64,000 bases of DNA from Planctomycetia bacterium (GTDB taxonomy: Bacteria > Planctomycetota > UBA8108 > SXIK01). Shown in pieces: positions 55,453 to 64,000 of this stretch; within the stretch, counting starts at the first letter, position 1, and each line of letters opens with the position of its first letter. The notes under the pieces were generated by a model, which was not told the DNA's origin, did not search any database, and saw nothing but the letters and a program-made list of their open reading frames with translations. The position numbers were made by a program, and so were the translations under genes. The stretch lies in assembly GCA_005772855.1 (NCBI GenBank), contig SXIK01000158.1, forward strand, positions 10,991 to 74,990, read 5' to 3'.

Positions 55453-56861
55453 ACCCGCTCCACTGGGTCCGCTGGAAAGTAGTTGGAGTGCTCGCCATTG
55501 TCGGGGGTATCGCCTATTTCCTCGGTCTGGACAAGCTCGCCCTTTCTGAGATCAACACTGCGGGCAAGGAGAGCAAGGCCGCGCGGTGGGCGGTCAGCGA
55601 CTTTGCCCTCGGCCTCCTTGCGGGCAATGCGAACCTGAAAAACCTCATCGTCGCCACGACCAAGGCCAGAGAGAGCGACAACGTCTTTGGGGCTGACCAC
55701 ACGAAGATGGACCTCAGCATGACGGATCTACTTCGGCGGCAATACGTGCTGGACGAGATCGCGCTGGATGGGCCCAAGCTCACCGTGAAGCGGCGCGAGG
55801 ACGGTTCGATCAACCTCGAGGACCTGGGCGAAAAGGGGCCGGAGGAGCCGCAGACGTCGAAGAAACCCGAGGATTGGTACGAGACTGCGAAGCACTGGTT
55901 CGAAAAAGTCCAGAAGTGGCGTGAGAGGCTTCCGGAGCTCAAGGGCAAGCCGAAGCCGCCGAGAGAACGGGGCTACCGGGCTGACTACTCGCGTGGCGTC
56001 GATTATCCCTTCGAGAATCGGCCGACCTACGCCGTCCATGAGCTCAAGAGCACGAATTTTCGAATCGATTTCGAGGAGGAGGGATCGCAGGCGAAGCTGG
56101 CAACCTTCGAGCAGGGTGTGATTGCGATCCGGGAGCTCACCAGTAGCCCGACGACGCAGTCAGCGCCGACTTCGTTCGAGATCTCCGGGCTCCTCGCCGG
56201 GACCAAGCTGAGCTTGAATGGTTCGCTCGACTTGAGGGGAGACAAGGCCGACTTCAAGCTGACCGGCGACACCGGCGACCTGCCGGTGAGTCTCATCGAA
56301 TCGTTCCTCGGGCCGTCCTTGCCAGTGAAGCTCAAGAAGGGAACCGTGGGCGTGGGGTTCCCTTCTCTCGCGCTGAACGGGCTCGATTCGCTCAGCGTCG
56401 CTCCCGTCCTGCGTTTCAAGGGCCTCGAGCTGGAGCCGAAGGACCCCAGGGGCAAGATCGCAGGTCTGGACGCCGGACAGTTTGTGACTGCCCTCAACGA
56501 GGCCATGAAGGAGCTGGGCGAGAAGGGGCTCGAGATCTCGGATCTCAAGATCTCGGGCTCGCTGCTTTCGCCGAAGCTTGATTGGGGAAACACGCTCCAG
56601 ACTCTTGTCCTCGAGGGCGGCAAGGCCTTCGCAAACAAGCACGCTGGCAAGGCGATTGAGAGGGGCAAGGCCGAGCTCGAGAAGGTCCTCGAGGGCAAGG
56701 AAGCCAAGAAGATCCTCGACAAGATCCCGATTCCTGGTGCCGGCGACTTGAAGGACAAACTGAAGGGCGCGAAGACGGATGATCTTCTGAAGGCAGGCCA
56801 GGGAGCCCTGGACAGCATCCTGGGCGGCAAGAAGAAGGACGAATCCGAAAAGAAGCCGTGA
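55449..56861 (+). CDS. N-terminally anchored AsmA-like/TIGR03545-like protein with Lys-rich C-terminus
   Basis: Start MNPLHWVRWKVVGVLAIVGGIAYFLG (TM). Long beta-rich body with repeated G.L.L.G..D motifs. Lys/Asp/Gly-rich tail. Confidence 0.45.
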   Translation: MNPLHWVRWKVVGVLAIVGGIAYFLGLDKLALSEINTAGKESKAARWAVSDFALGLLAGNANLKNLIVATTKARESDNVFGADHTKMDLSMTDLLRRQYVLDEIALDGPKLTVKRREDGSINLEDLGEKGPEEPQTSKKPEDWYETAKHWFEKVQKWRERLPELKGKPKPPRERGYRADYSRGVDYPFENRPTYAVHELKSTNFRIDFEEEGSQAKLATFEQGVIAIRELTSSPTTQSAPTSFEISGLLAGTKLSLNGSLDLRGDKADFKLTGDTGDLPVSLIESFLGPSLPVKLKKGTVGVGFPSLALNGLDSLSVAPVLRFKGLELEPKDPRGKIAGLDAGQFVTALNEAMKELGEKGLEISDLKISGSLLSPKLDWGNTLQTLVLEGGKAFANKHAGKAIERGKAELEKVLEGKEAKKILDKIPIPGAGDLKDKLKGAKTDDLLKAGQGALDSILGGKKKDESEKKP

Positions 56862-56868
56862 ACGCAAA

Positions 56869-57354
56869 ATGGACCTCCTTTTCGCCGGTTTCGCTGGAGT
56901 CCTGATCGGCGCCTTGACGGCGACCCTGATCCTCCTACACGTCTTCCAGAAGCGTGCGGATCGGGATTTGATCGAGCGCCGATTGTGGGCCTGCTTCGAT
57001 TATCGCGACTGCCTGGAGAACCTGGAAGGGGCCTTTGCCCAATCGAATGGCGACCCCAGAGTGCTCGAACAAGCCTGGCACCAGGTGAGTGCCTTTACCC
57101 GCGAGTTTCGCAGGACGAGCTGGCTTTTTGGGCCCGAGCTCAGACTACGACTTGAAGCGATCATCACGGAAATTGAGCATGAGAGGCGCTCGGACGACGG
57201 GAGCGGTGCCCGCGCGGGAGGCCGCGCCGCCCAACTCCTCTGCGAGAAGGGACGCGAGATCGATGGCCTCATCGCTCGTGAGATCGACGTACAGACCCGG
57301 GAGCACAGAAGGCTGCGCTTTTTTCCGGGCCTCGGGATTGGGAGAGAGACTTGA
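56869..57354 (+). CDS. Hypothetical small membrane-anchored protein
   Basis: N-terminal TM (LFAGFAGVLIGALTATLILL). 161 aa. 8-nt gap from the upstream gene; overlaps the downstream gene by 4 nt. Confidence 0.4.
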   Translation: MDLLFAGFAGVLIGALTATLILLHVFQKRADRDLIERRLWACFDYRDCLENLEGAFAQSNGDPRVLEQAWHQVSAFTREFRRTSWLFGPELRLRLEAIITEIEHERRSDDGSGARAGGRAAQLLCEKGREIDGLIAREIDVQTREHRRLRFFPGLGIGRET

Positions 57355-59399
57355 CAGCAGTCTTCGTCCCATTGGTGGCTGCGCTCCTCTGCTCGCCCAG
57401 GGATGCCCTGGCAGACCCCTTTGCAAAGCAGCGCGAGGCCCTTCTTGTCTGGGCAAACGAGCCCGTGGCCCTCGAGGGGCAACACTTTCTCCTGCACGTG
57501 GACCGTCGCGACTCGAGCTTCTTCTTCCAGGACCGACGGACCGGCGTGAAGTGGTTTTCGCCCTGGGGGCGTAGAGGCTTCGCGACGGCTGAGCTTCAAG
57601 GAGAGACTTCAAGGAAGCTGCCGATCGACGTGTTGGAGGGGCTCTCGACCCGGGCGAACCGACTTCAGTTTCGTGGCAGGTCGAAGGCGGGGGATCTTCC
57701 GTCGATCCAGTTCAAGATCGAGACACACGCCAGCTCCCAGGGAGTGACGATCAGCTATGAAGTCGCGGAAGCGGACGCGGGGAAGATCGCCTCCGTGACC
57801 CTCCTCGAGGGGGCACTGTGGATTGCCGACGCGGAAAAAGGCGGTTACGCCGTGCCGGCCGGCATGGGGGAGTGGATCGAGGCCGACTCGGGCGGAGGAG
57901 GTGTCCGGGTCCTCTCCGGCCTCGGTCCTGCGGCCCCGAAAGGAACTGTCCCTTACACAATTCCCATGGTGGGGCTCCTCAAGGGCGAGAATCCCGTGCT
58001 GGTGAGCTGGGACGATCCGACGGCGAAGCTCTCGATCGAACAGAACAGCGCGGTGGTGGATCCCGCCTTTCCGGGCAAGCAGAAGCTCGCCATGAGTCTC
58101 ACGTTCAAGGGCGTGAGGGGTCAGGTGAGCCTGTTTGCTCTGGGAAAGGACAAGGGCGGAGTACTTGACGCCGCACGACATTACCGTGAGCTCCTGGGGC
58201 CGAAGTTCTTTCAGCAGACGCTCAGGTACAAGACGGGGGCCCAACCGGAGCTGCGAGCGCTCCTGGGCGCGGCGTTATTTCGGGTCGAGCTTGCACCAGA
58301 CCGCACCCTGAAGGACGTTGTCGACCTCTCCGGGCGCTTGAAGTCGAAACTCGAGATCACCGAGGCGGCCTTCATCCTGAGCGGCTGGAAGGCTGGCGAG
58401 GCGCTGAACGCCTCTTCGAAGGCTGTGAAGGACCGAGGCCATCTCTTTGGGCTTGAATGCGATGCCACGGTACTGCCCGCGGAGCGAGCCCAACGCGAGG
58501 AACAGTTGATTCCGCTCGCCGAGGGCTGCGCTCCGCAGATCGTCGTCCTGGCGGCTTTGGATTCCTGGCCCGGCGCCGCGAAGGTCGACGAGGGCCTCGC
58601 CCGACGAGTCGACCTGCTCGGCCACCTGCGCGACACCTTTCGACTCGCGGGTGTGACGGGCGGCTCGAGCGTGGACATCGAACCCGCGGCGGTGCTCATG
58701 GGCGCACTCTCGGAGTCGGTGAAGAGACCGAACGCCCCCGAGTCGTGGCCGATCTTCACGGCCGCGTTTGGACACTGCGCGCGGTTGACCGTGCGGCCCG
58801 AGGATGCCGTGCGTGCGGATCAGCCGGAGGCCGTGCTCGTCCACCTTCTGGCGGGGGAGGTCCCGCTCTATGCGCTGCCTTCGAAGGACTCCGCGCCTCT
58901 ATTGCCAGCAAGCGATCCGCGCAGGGTCTTCACCCGAGACGATGGCTGGGCCGCCGGCAGGGGCCTCACGCCTCACGAGGTCTTCCTCAAGACCACGTAC
59001 GAGATTCTCTCTCAAGTGGCGCGTCAGCACTATCGCGATGTGCTCTTGTATCACCGCAAGCTGAACCCCTCCGGCACGGCGAGGGAGACCTATTTCGGCA
59101 TGGACCTCCGGATTGTCGTCAACTTCGGCCCCGGTGACTACGAGGATGAAGAGGAAGGATTCTTGCTCCCTCCCTACGGCTTCTTCGTGAGGTACCCGAT
59201 GTTTCGCGCGTTTCATGCGCTTCGCATGGACGACCTTGCCTACGAGCGGCCCGCCTGCTTCCTCATGTACTCACTCGAGGGCAAAATGATCCTCCGGGCG
59301 GAGGAGGTGCGCGTGCTTCACTTCTTCGGCCCCGACACCGTCCAGTTCGGCGGCAGGAGCTTCAAGGTGGAGCGTGAGGCTGTCGTGAAGTTCCAGTAG
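57351..59399 (+). CDS. Hypothetical secreted protein (682 aa)
   Basis: Signal peptide MTAVFVPLVAALLCSPRDALA. No recognised catalytic motif. Last gene of the coupled four-gene set. Confidence 0.5.
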   Translation: MTAVFVPLVAALLCSPRDALADPFAKQREALLVWANEPVALEGQHFLLHVDRRDSSFFFQDRRTGVKWFSPWGRRGFATAELQGETSRKLPIDVLEGLSTRANRLQFRGRSKAGDLPSIQFKIETHASSQGVTISYEVAEADAGKIASVTLLEGALWIADAEKGGYAVPAGMGEWIEADSGGGGVRVLSGLGPAAPKGTVPYTIPMVGLLKGENPVLVSWDDPTAKLSIEQNSAVVDPAFPGKQKLAMSLTFKGVRGQVSLFALGKDKGGVLDAARHYRELLGPKFFQQTLRYKTGAQPELRALLGAALFRVELAPDRTLKDVVDLSGRLKSKLEITEAAFILSGWKAGEALNASSKAVKDRGHLFGLECDATVLPAERAQREEQLIPLAEGCAPQIVVLAALDSWPGAAKVDEGLARRVDLLGHLRDTFRLAGVTGGSSVDIEPAAVLMGALSESVKRPNAPESWPIFTAAFGHCARLTVRPEDAVRADQPEAVLVHLLAGEVPLYALPSKDSAPLLPASDPRRVFTRDDGWAAGRGLTPHEVFLKTTYEILSQVARQHYRDVLLYHRKLNPSGTARETYFGMDLRIVVNFGPGDYEDEEEGFLLPPYGFFVRYPMFRAFHALRMDDLAYERPACFLMYSLEGKMILRAEEVRVLHFFGPDTVQFGGRSFKVEREAVVKFQ

Positions 59400-59501
59400 G
59401 GTTTCAGCGGGCGTTGTGCCCTTCTTGTGCTTCAGCGCCCTTGAAGTTCGAAGGCGCGAAGCGCGCCTCCTGTACAGGCACTGCGGCCGGAGTTCTTGCT
59501 T

Positions 59502-61511
59502 TCACCCCCGCATCAACTTCGCCGCCTTCGCAACCTGGTCCGGGGTTCCGAACACGATCGCCACTGAGCCGGGGCTCAGGACGGCGGTGACGGGAGGGTT
59601 TGACTGAAACTCGGCGCCACACCTGAGCGCCAGCACGGTCGCGCCCGTCTGGCGCCGCAAGTTCGCCTCTTCGAGTGTCTTTCCAGCAAGCGGCGAGCCT
59701 TCCTCCACGCGCAGCACCTCCAGGTCTGCCCCGGCGATGACACTGAGGGCATCCGCCTTCTCCTTGCTGGAGCGCTCGCCGTCGGCTGGCGCGAGCAGCG
59801 CCCCGTAGCCGTCGACTCGGGCCTCCCGGACGAAGCGTTCCACCATGTCCCGGGGCACAAGGAGTTTGCGGAGGGTACGGGAGAAGATCTCGAGCGCCGT
59901 TTCGAACTCCTCCGGAACGACCTCATTGGCCCCCAGGGCCAATAGCGGCTTCATCTCGCCCAGGTAGCGGGTACGAACGATGATGTGGAGGCCCGGATGC
60001 AGGCGCCGAGCCAATTCGGTCGAGCGGCGGATGGAGGAGGGGTCCGAGACGGCAATCACGAGAACCCGGGCTCGCCGAATGCCCGCGTGATCGAGGATCT
60101 CGGGGTTCGAGGCATCGCCGTAGATGATCGGTACCCCCTCCTTGCGCTCCTTCTTGACGGTCTCGGGGTTCATTTCGATGATCACGAACGGTATTGCCAC
60201 GCGCTTCAAGGCCTTTGCAAGATTTCTGCCGTTCAGGCCGTAGCCAATGATCACGACGTGGTCCTTCACGACCTCGACGACTTGGGCGGGCGTGCCCAGA
60301 TCCTTCGAGGTCCGCATTTTTTTGGGGACGAGTGGGGTGAGCTTGTCAGCAAGCCAGGGGGCGATGCCCTTCAGGAGTGGCGTCAGGATCATGGTGATGA
60401 CTGCGCCGGCAAGGAAGAGCTGATAGACGTTTACGTCGATCAGTTTCAACTCCTTACCCTGCTTCGCCAGCACGAAGGAGAATTCACCGACCTGCGCGAG
60501 ACAGAGGCCCGTGATCACCGCAATGCGAAAGGAGTATCCGAGGACGAGCGTGACGCCCCACGCCACAAGAGTCTTCACACCGACCATGGCGGTGACGCCC
60601 AAGAGGAGCGGCCAGGGGCTCGAGAAGAGCTTCAAGTCGAGGAGCATGCCGATGGAGATCAAGAACAGGCAGTTGAAAGTGTCGCGGAAGGGAATGATCT
60701 CGCCGAGTGCCTGGTGGCTGTACTCGGACTGCGAGATGATGAGCCCTGCGATGAAAGCTCCCAGCGCGAGCGAGAGGCCAGCGAGCGAGCTGACCCACGC
60801 CGTCCCGAGACACAGGATGATAATGGCCAGCAGGAAAGCTTCACGGCTACGCGTCCGGACGACTTGCCCCAGTACCCAGGGAACCAGATAGCGGCCGGAA
60901 AGGAGTGATCCGCCCAACAGTAACGCCGCCATGACGAGCTTTCGGAGGATGTCGGCGGTGCCGCCACCGCCTTCCTCCCCGCCACTGTGGGTAGCAAGGA
61001 TCGGCATGATGATCACTATGGGCACGACGCAGAGGTCCTGGAAGATCAAGATTCCCAGCGAGACTCTCCCCTGGGGGCTGTCAATCTCGGCCTTGTCCGA
61101 AAGCAGCTTGAGCACGATCGCGGTCGAGCTCAACGCGACGAGGATTCCAAGGAACGTAGCCTTCGCGACCGGTAGGTCGAAGTAGGCACCCGCAACGACC
61201 GCCGAGAAGGCTCCGGTCACGGCGACTTGTAGTCCACCGCCCAGAAAGAGAATAGACCTGAGCCGGAGTAAGCTCTCCATCGAGAACTCGAGCCCGATAG
61301 TGAACAGAAGGAGCACGACGCCGACCTCGGCGAGGAGCTCCACCGAGTGTGGATCGTGAATCAGCTGGAACGCGTTTGGCCCGGCCAGGACGCCTGTGAT
61401 GAGGAAACCCACCATCGCAGGGACCCTTATCCGGAAGCAGGCGATAACGACGATGATCGCCAGCGCGAAGAGAACGACGAGGTCTCTGAGAAAGAAAGTG
61501 GGGTCCTGCAT
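59502..61511 (-). CDS. CPA2-family monovalent cation:proton antiporter with TrkA-N and TrkA-C (KefB/KefC-like K+ efflux system)
   Basis: N-terminal Na+/H+ exchanger membrane domain. HVVIIGYGLNGRNLAKALK Rossmann TrkA-N. C-terminal TrkA-C. Confidence 0.85.
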   Translation of the reverse strand: MQDPTFFLRDLVVLFALAIIVVIACFRIRVPAMVGFLITGVLAGPNAFQLIHDPHSVELLAEVGVVLLLFTIGLEFSMESLLRLRSILFLGGGLQVAVTGAFSAVVAGAYFDLPVAKATFLGILVALSSTAIVLKLLSDKAEIDSPQGRVSLGILIFQDLCVVPIVIIMPILATHSGGEEGGGGTADILRKLVMAALLLGGSLLSGRYLVPWVLGQVVRTRSREAFLLAIIILCLGTAWVSSLAGLSLALGAFIAGLIISQSEYSHQALGEIIPFRDTFNCLFLISIGMLLDLKLFSSPWPLLLGVTAMVGVKTLVAWGVTLVLGYSFRIAVITGLCLAQVGEFSFVLAKQGKELKLIDVNVYQLFLAGAVITMILTPLLKGIAPWLADKLTPLVPKKMRTSKDLGTPAQVVEVVKDHVVIIGYGLNGRNLAKALKRVAIPFVIIEMNPETVKKERKEGVPIIYGDASNPEILDHAGIRRARVLVIAVSDPSSIRRSTELARRLHPGLHIIVRTRYLGEMKPLLALGANEVVPEEFETALEIFSRTLRKLLVPRDMVERFVREARVDGYGALLAPADGERSSKEKADALSVIAGADLEVLRVEEGSPLAGKTLEEANLRRQTGATVLALRCGAEFQSNPPVTAVLSPGSVAIVFGTPDQVAKAAKLMRG

Positions 61512-61608
61512 GCGGCGAGAGGATAGACTTCCGCGCTCTTGCTGCCAAGAGGGTCGGTCGCTTTTCGGGCCCTCCCTGGCGGTCGCGGCTTCAAGAGAGG
61601 CCCCTTGA

Positions 61609-62802
61609 ATGGAATCCCTGAAAACCAGGCGAGTACAGCTTTACTTTACCTCCTTCTTCCTCGACTCGGTTGCCCACGCATTTGTGGTATTGGTCTCATT
61701 CCACGCCAGGAGCTTCCTGGGGGCCAGCTCCAGAGAGCTGGGGTACCTCGGCTTCTTCTGGATGGTGGTCTACTCCATCGCCTGTTTCACGACGGGCCGG
61801 TGGAGCGATCGCCTTGGCTCGCTGCCGCTCATTCGCTCAAGCCTCGGCTTCATCGGGCTCGTGCTTCTGCCGGCTTCAATGCTCGCCTCGAGTCTGACCC
61901 ACCTCTACCTGGCAATGGGGCTTTTTGGTATCGCGCTCGCCGTCTTTTGGCCGCCGCTTCAGTGTCAGCTCGCGTTTCTCAGCCCGGGTCGCCTCCTGTG
62001 GCCGGCCCTGGGTGCCTTTAACATCTCCTGGGGTATCGGGTCGGTGATCGGGACGGTCTCCGGCGGGCCAAAGGTGTATGAGGGGCTTGGCTTTCAAGGC
62101 GCGTTGCTCCTCCTCATGGGCTTCGTCGCCTGCTCGTTCGCATCGACCTTGGGTCTCGGAGGGCGGGCGGTTTCGAGGGCGGAGTCGTCTCCGATCGACG
62201 AAGTCGAAGGGGGTCGTGCGCGGCTCTTCCTCCAGCTGGGTTGGATCGCCAACTTTTGCGCTGGATTCGCCATGGGCGGCCTCCACATCGTGTTTGCGGA
62301 CGTGGCGGGGAAGCTTGAGCTGACAAGCCTGGAGAGCACCGCAATCCTTGTCTCGAAAGAGGCTGGACGCCTTGTCGCGTTTGGGTTGCTGAGGCGGTTT
62401 GGGGCGTGGCATCACTCGCTCGCATGGCTCGTGATTCTTCAGACCTCTGGCGGCGCAGCGCTCGTCCTGGGCGGGTTCGTTCGCTCGGCTGCCGTGCTCT
62501 GCGCGTTCTTCTCGCTACTCGGGATTTTCAGCGGGCTCGCCTACTACTCGAGCATCCTGTACAGCCTCAACCTCCGCCAGGACGCGGGCAAGAGAACGGG
62601 GATCCACGAGGGTATCCTGGCGATTGGCGTGGTCCTGGGGCCGCTGATCCTGGGGGAGACGGGCGAGCAATTTCCCAATTGGTCCGGTGGGGCGGTGTCC
62701 GTGGCGGGGCTTGTTCTCCTCGCGGGGGTGATCCTCGAGCTGGCTTTGCACGCGAAGAGATGTCCATCGAAGGATTTGCGAGTACCATCGTCCATTCCAT
62801 GA
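61609..62802 (+). CDS. MFS transporter
   Basis: 12-TM pattern. GRWSDRLG motif-A-like sequence after TM2. 397 aa. Confidence 0.75.
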   Translation: MESLKTRRVQLYFTSFFLDSVAHAFVVLVSFHARSFLGASSRELGYLGFFWMVVYSIACFTTGRWSDRLGSLPLIRSSLGFIGLVLLPASMLASSLTHLYLAMGLFGIALAVFWPPLQCQLAFLSPGRLLWPALGAFNISWGIGSVIGTVSGGPKVYEGLGFQGALLLLMGFVACSFASTLGLGGRAVSRAESSPIDEVEGGRARLFLQLGWIANFCAGFAMGGLHIVFADVAGKLELTSLESTAILVSKEAGRLVAFGLLRRFGAWHHSLAWLVILQTSGGAALVLGGFVRSAAVLCAFFSLLGIFSGLAYYSSILYSLNLRQDAGKRTGIHEGILAIGVVLGPLILGETGEQFPNWSGGAVSVAGLVLLAGVILELALHAKRCPSKDLRVPSSIP

Positions 62803-63143
62803 GAGCCCCGCTGGTCCTGATCGCCTTGAGTCTTGTGACTCTCCCCGGTTGCGAAGCTCCTGCGAGCCTGAAACGATCGGAACCTATCCCCAAGGTGCAC
62901 AAGCCGCGCACCGACGCCTCGGCTGCCCTGGTCGGCCGGACGCTCATCTACCCGTGCCGCTGGGGCCGGGCCGTGGATCTGGCTGCAACCCTCGAGCCTC
63001 TTCTCCTCAACCGCCATGGGCCCGGGGTCCGCGTGGTGCCCCAGGTGCAGTCGAACTCGCTTTTCATTTACCTGCCGTCGCACCGGGAACAAGAGCTGGA
63101 TAGGTCGCGGAGGTCGGGCAGAGGAGCAATTCTTGTCCGGTGA
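62799..63143 (+). CDS. Small lipoprotein, function unknown
   Basis: MRAPLVLIALSLVTLPGC has a lipobox. ATGA overlap with the MFS stop. C-terminal VRVVPQVQSNSLFIYLP resembles beta-strand motifs of secretin/TonB N-domains (weak). Confidence 0.45.
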   Translation: MRAPLVLIALSLVTLPGCEAPASLKRSEPIPKVHKPRTDASAALVGRTLIYPCRWGRAVDLAATLEPLLLNRHGPGVRVVPQVQSNSLFIYLPSHREQELDRSRRSGRGAILVR

Positions 63144-63427
63144 CGGGGATTGAACGCACGTGAGCATGTCTTGCCCCGGTCGCGCCCCACGCTTCCAGTA
63201 GCTCGCAGCCACAGAGTCCGGGAACTTCAATGATCCTTCGGGTGTCCCCCTCTTTTCATCGTCATTTCTTGGCGTAAGATTCGTCTTCTCCTCTCTGGCC
63301 TTGCCGTCGAGCCGCCTCCATCGGGTCTCGCCATGGATGCTCCGTGCAGCCGACCTGCGACCCCACGAGAGGCAAGAGAGTCGAACGCGCCAAGGCGTAC
63401 CAGCGCAAGAAACACCGCTCCGGGGTC

Positions 63428-64000
63428 ATGTCCCTCTTCGAGCGGATCTCGCCACTGCGCAAGTTTTTTCAAGGCGGGGTCGAGCTGGACCACAGGGTCT
63501 CACCTGGCCAGCTCCCGCTCTTTACAGCCGAAATCTTGCGTTTGCTTGATCTCTTCGAGGTGCCTCTGGCCTGGGGCTCCGGCGTGGAGCTCAAGATCCG
63601 CTGCCTCGGTCAGCACAGGGCCGATGGACTCTACTTTCCAGACCCGCCGGTCGTTGCCCTTGATCGGCGTACGCTCCAGAGCTTCGCCCATGAGCTGGGC
63701 CACTTGTTTGACTATCGCGCCCGGACCGGCCGGAAGGCTTCGGGCCCAGTGCCGACCTTGAGCCCTGAGCCCCTCTTCGCGCCGTTTCGGGCCCGCATGC
63801 TCGAGCGGATGCAGGGTGCTTCCTCAAGCCCCAGGGCTCCGGGGGCCGGGTCGGGTCGGATGTCGTGGCGCTACTTTGCTTCGCCCTCCGAGTGCTTCGC
63901 ACGGGCCTTTGAGCAGATCGTCGCGGAGCATGTCACGCACCCATCTTTCATGGTGGGAACCCCTTCTCGCTACCGCAATGATGCGCTCTATTTCGACAGC
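63428..64000 (+). CDS. Partial (3'-truncated by window) zincin-like HExxH protein
   Basis: Open frame runs to the window edge. Contains ...GLYFPDPPVVALDRRTLQSFAHELGHLFDY (HExxH). Possible alternative GTG start at 63344. Not in the supplied track because there is no stop codon in the window. Confidence 0.5.
   Translation, partial: MSLFERISPLRKFFQGGVELDHRVSPGQLPLFTAEILRLLDLFEVPLAWGSGVELKIRCLGQHRADGLYFPDPPVVALDRRTLQSFAHELGHLFDYRARTGRKASGPVPTLSPEPLFAPFRARMLERMQGASSSPRAPGAGSGRMSWRYFASPSECFARAFEQIVAEHVTHPSFMVGTPSRYRNDALYFDS

Noticed and set aside
62406-62798. Upstream part of track ORF 62406-63143 overlapping the MFS transporter gene
   Set aside because: It is out of frame with the MFS gene, with Gly/Arg/Pro-rich low complexity. 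The real small gene starts at 62799 with a lipoprotein signal.
63131-63215. tRNA-like string TGGTGACGGGGATTGAAC (resembles reverse complement of a tRNA 3' end)
   Set aside because: No acceptable T-stem/T-loop (no GTTCGAATC-type loop with complementary 5-bp stems) or acceptor-stem pairing could be built on either strand. It is more likely a weak hairpin after the lipoprotein gene.
1-64000. CRISPR arrays, rRNA/tRNA genes, transposases/integrases, prophage or toxin-antitoxin signatures
   Set aside because: No regularly spaced direct repeats, no tRNA-like cloverleaf candidates that survive inspection, and no recombinase/transposase motifs were found. The window appears to be core chromosome.

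Overview
High-GC (about 63-65%) bacterial chromosomal window, gene-dense on both strands. No rRNA, tRNA, CRISPR array or transposase/integrase is evident. The central feature is a 16-gene flagellar type III export / C-ring / regulatory operon: fliF-fliG-fliH-fliI-fliJ-(FlbB/YlxF-like)-fliN-fliO-fliP-fliQ-fliR-flhB-flhA-flhF-flhG-fliA (33.8-49.3 kb). About 20 kb upstream sit flgM with a sigma28-type promoter and a class I mannose-6-phosphate isomerase. Between them lies a signalling block: two Ser/Thr kinases (one a 1476-aa STAND-type kinase-NTPase-TPR-GAF protein), a 502-aa unknown protein, and an FHA-GAF-HD-GYP phosphodiesterase. A PilZ-lipoprotein-M48 protease operon lies further upstream. 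Other content: SAM methyltransferase, DUF1015-like protein, insertion-containing RNase HII-like protein, TPR-gluzincin protein next to a giant CarbopepD_reg-repeat surface protein, an orphan MfnB/DUF556-like aldolase, LolD/LolE-like ABC pair, isolated rnpA-yidD, membrane dynamin-like GTPase with divergent mini-MerR, orphan LarC, HEAT-repeat protein, zinc-ribbon membrane protein, DJ-1/PfpI, a translationally coupled four-gene operon of unknown function, KefB-like CPA2 antiporter, MFS transporter, and a partial HExxH protein at the window end. The gene complement (FlhF/FlhG polar-flagellum regulators, many STKs, FHA, TPR, MJ0042-type zinc ribbon) suggests a deltaproteobacteria-like (Myxococcota/Bdellovibrionota/Desulfobacterota-type) lineage; this is an inference only. 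Many long antisense ORFs in the supplied track are GC-driven artefacts. The most unusual points are: FlhB truncated before its NPTH autocleavage domain; an operon lacking fliM/fliK/fliE but carrying an MgtE_N-domain gene; a putative STK-FHA-HD-GYP-PilZ-flagellum signalling axis; an orphan MfnB-like enzyme; and several uncharacterised conserved operons.
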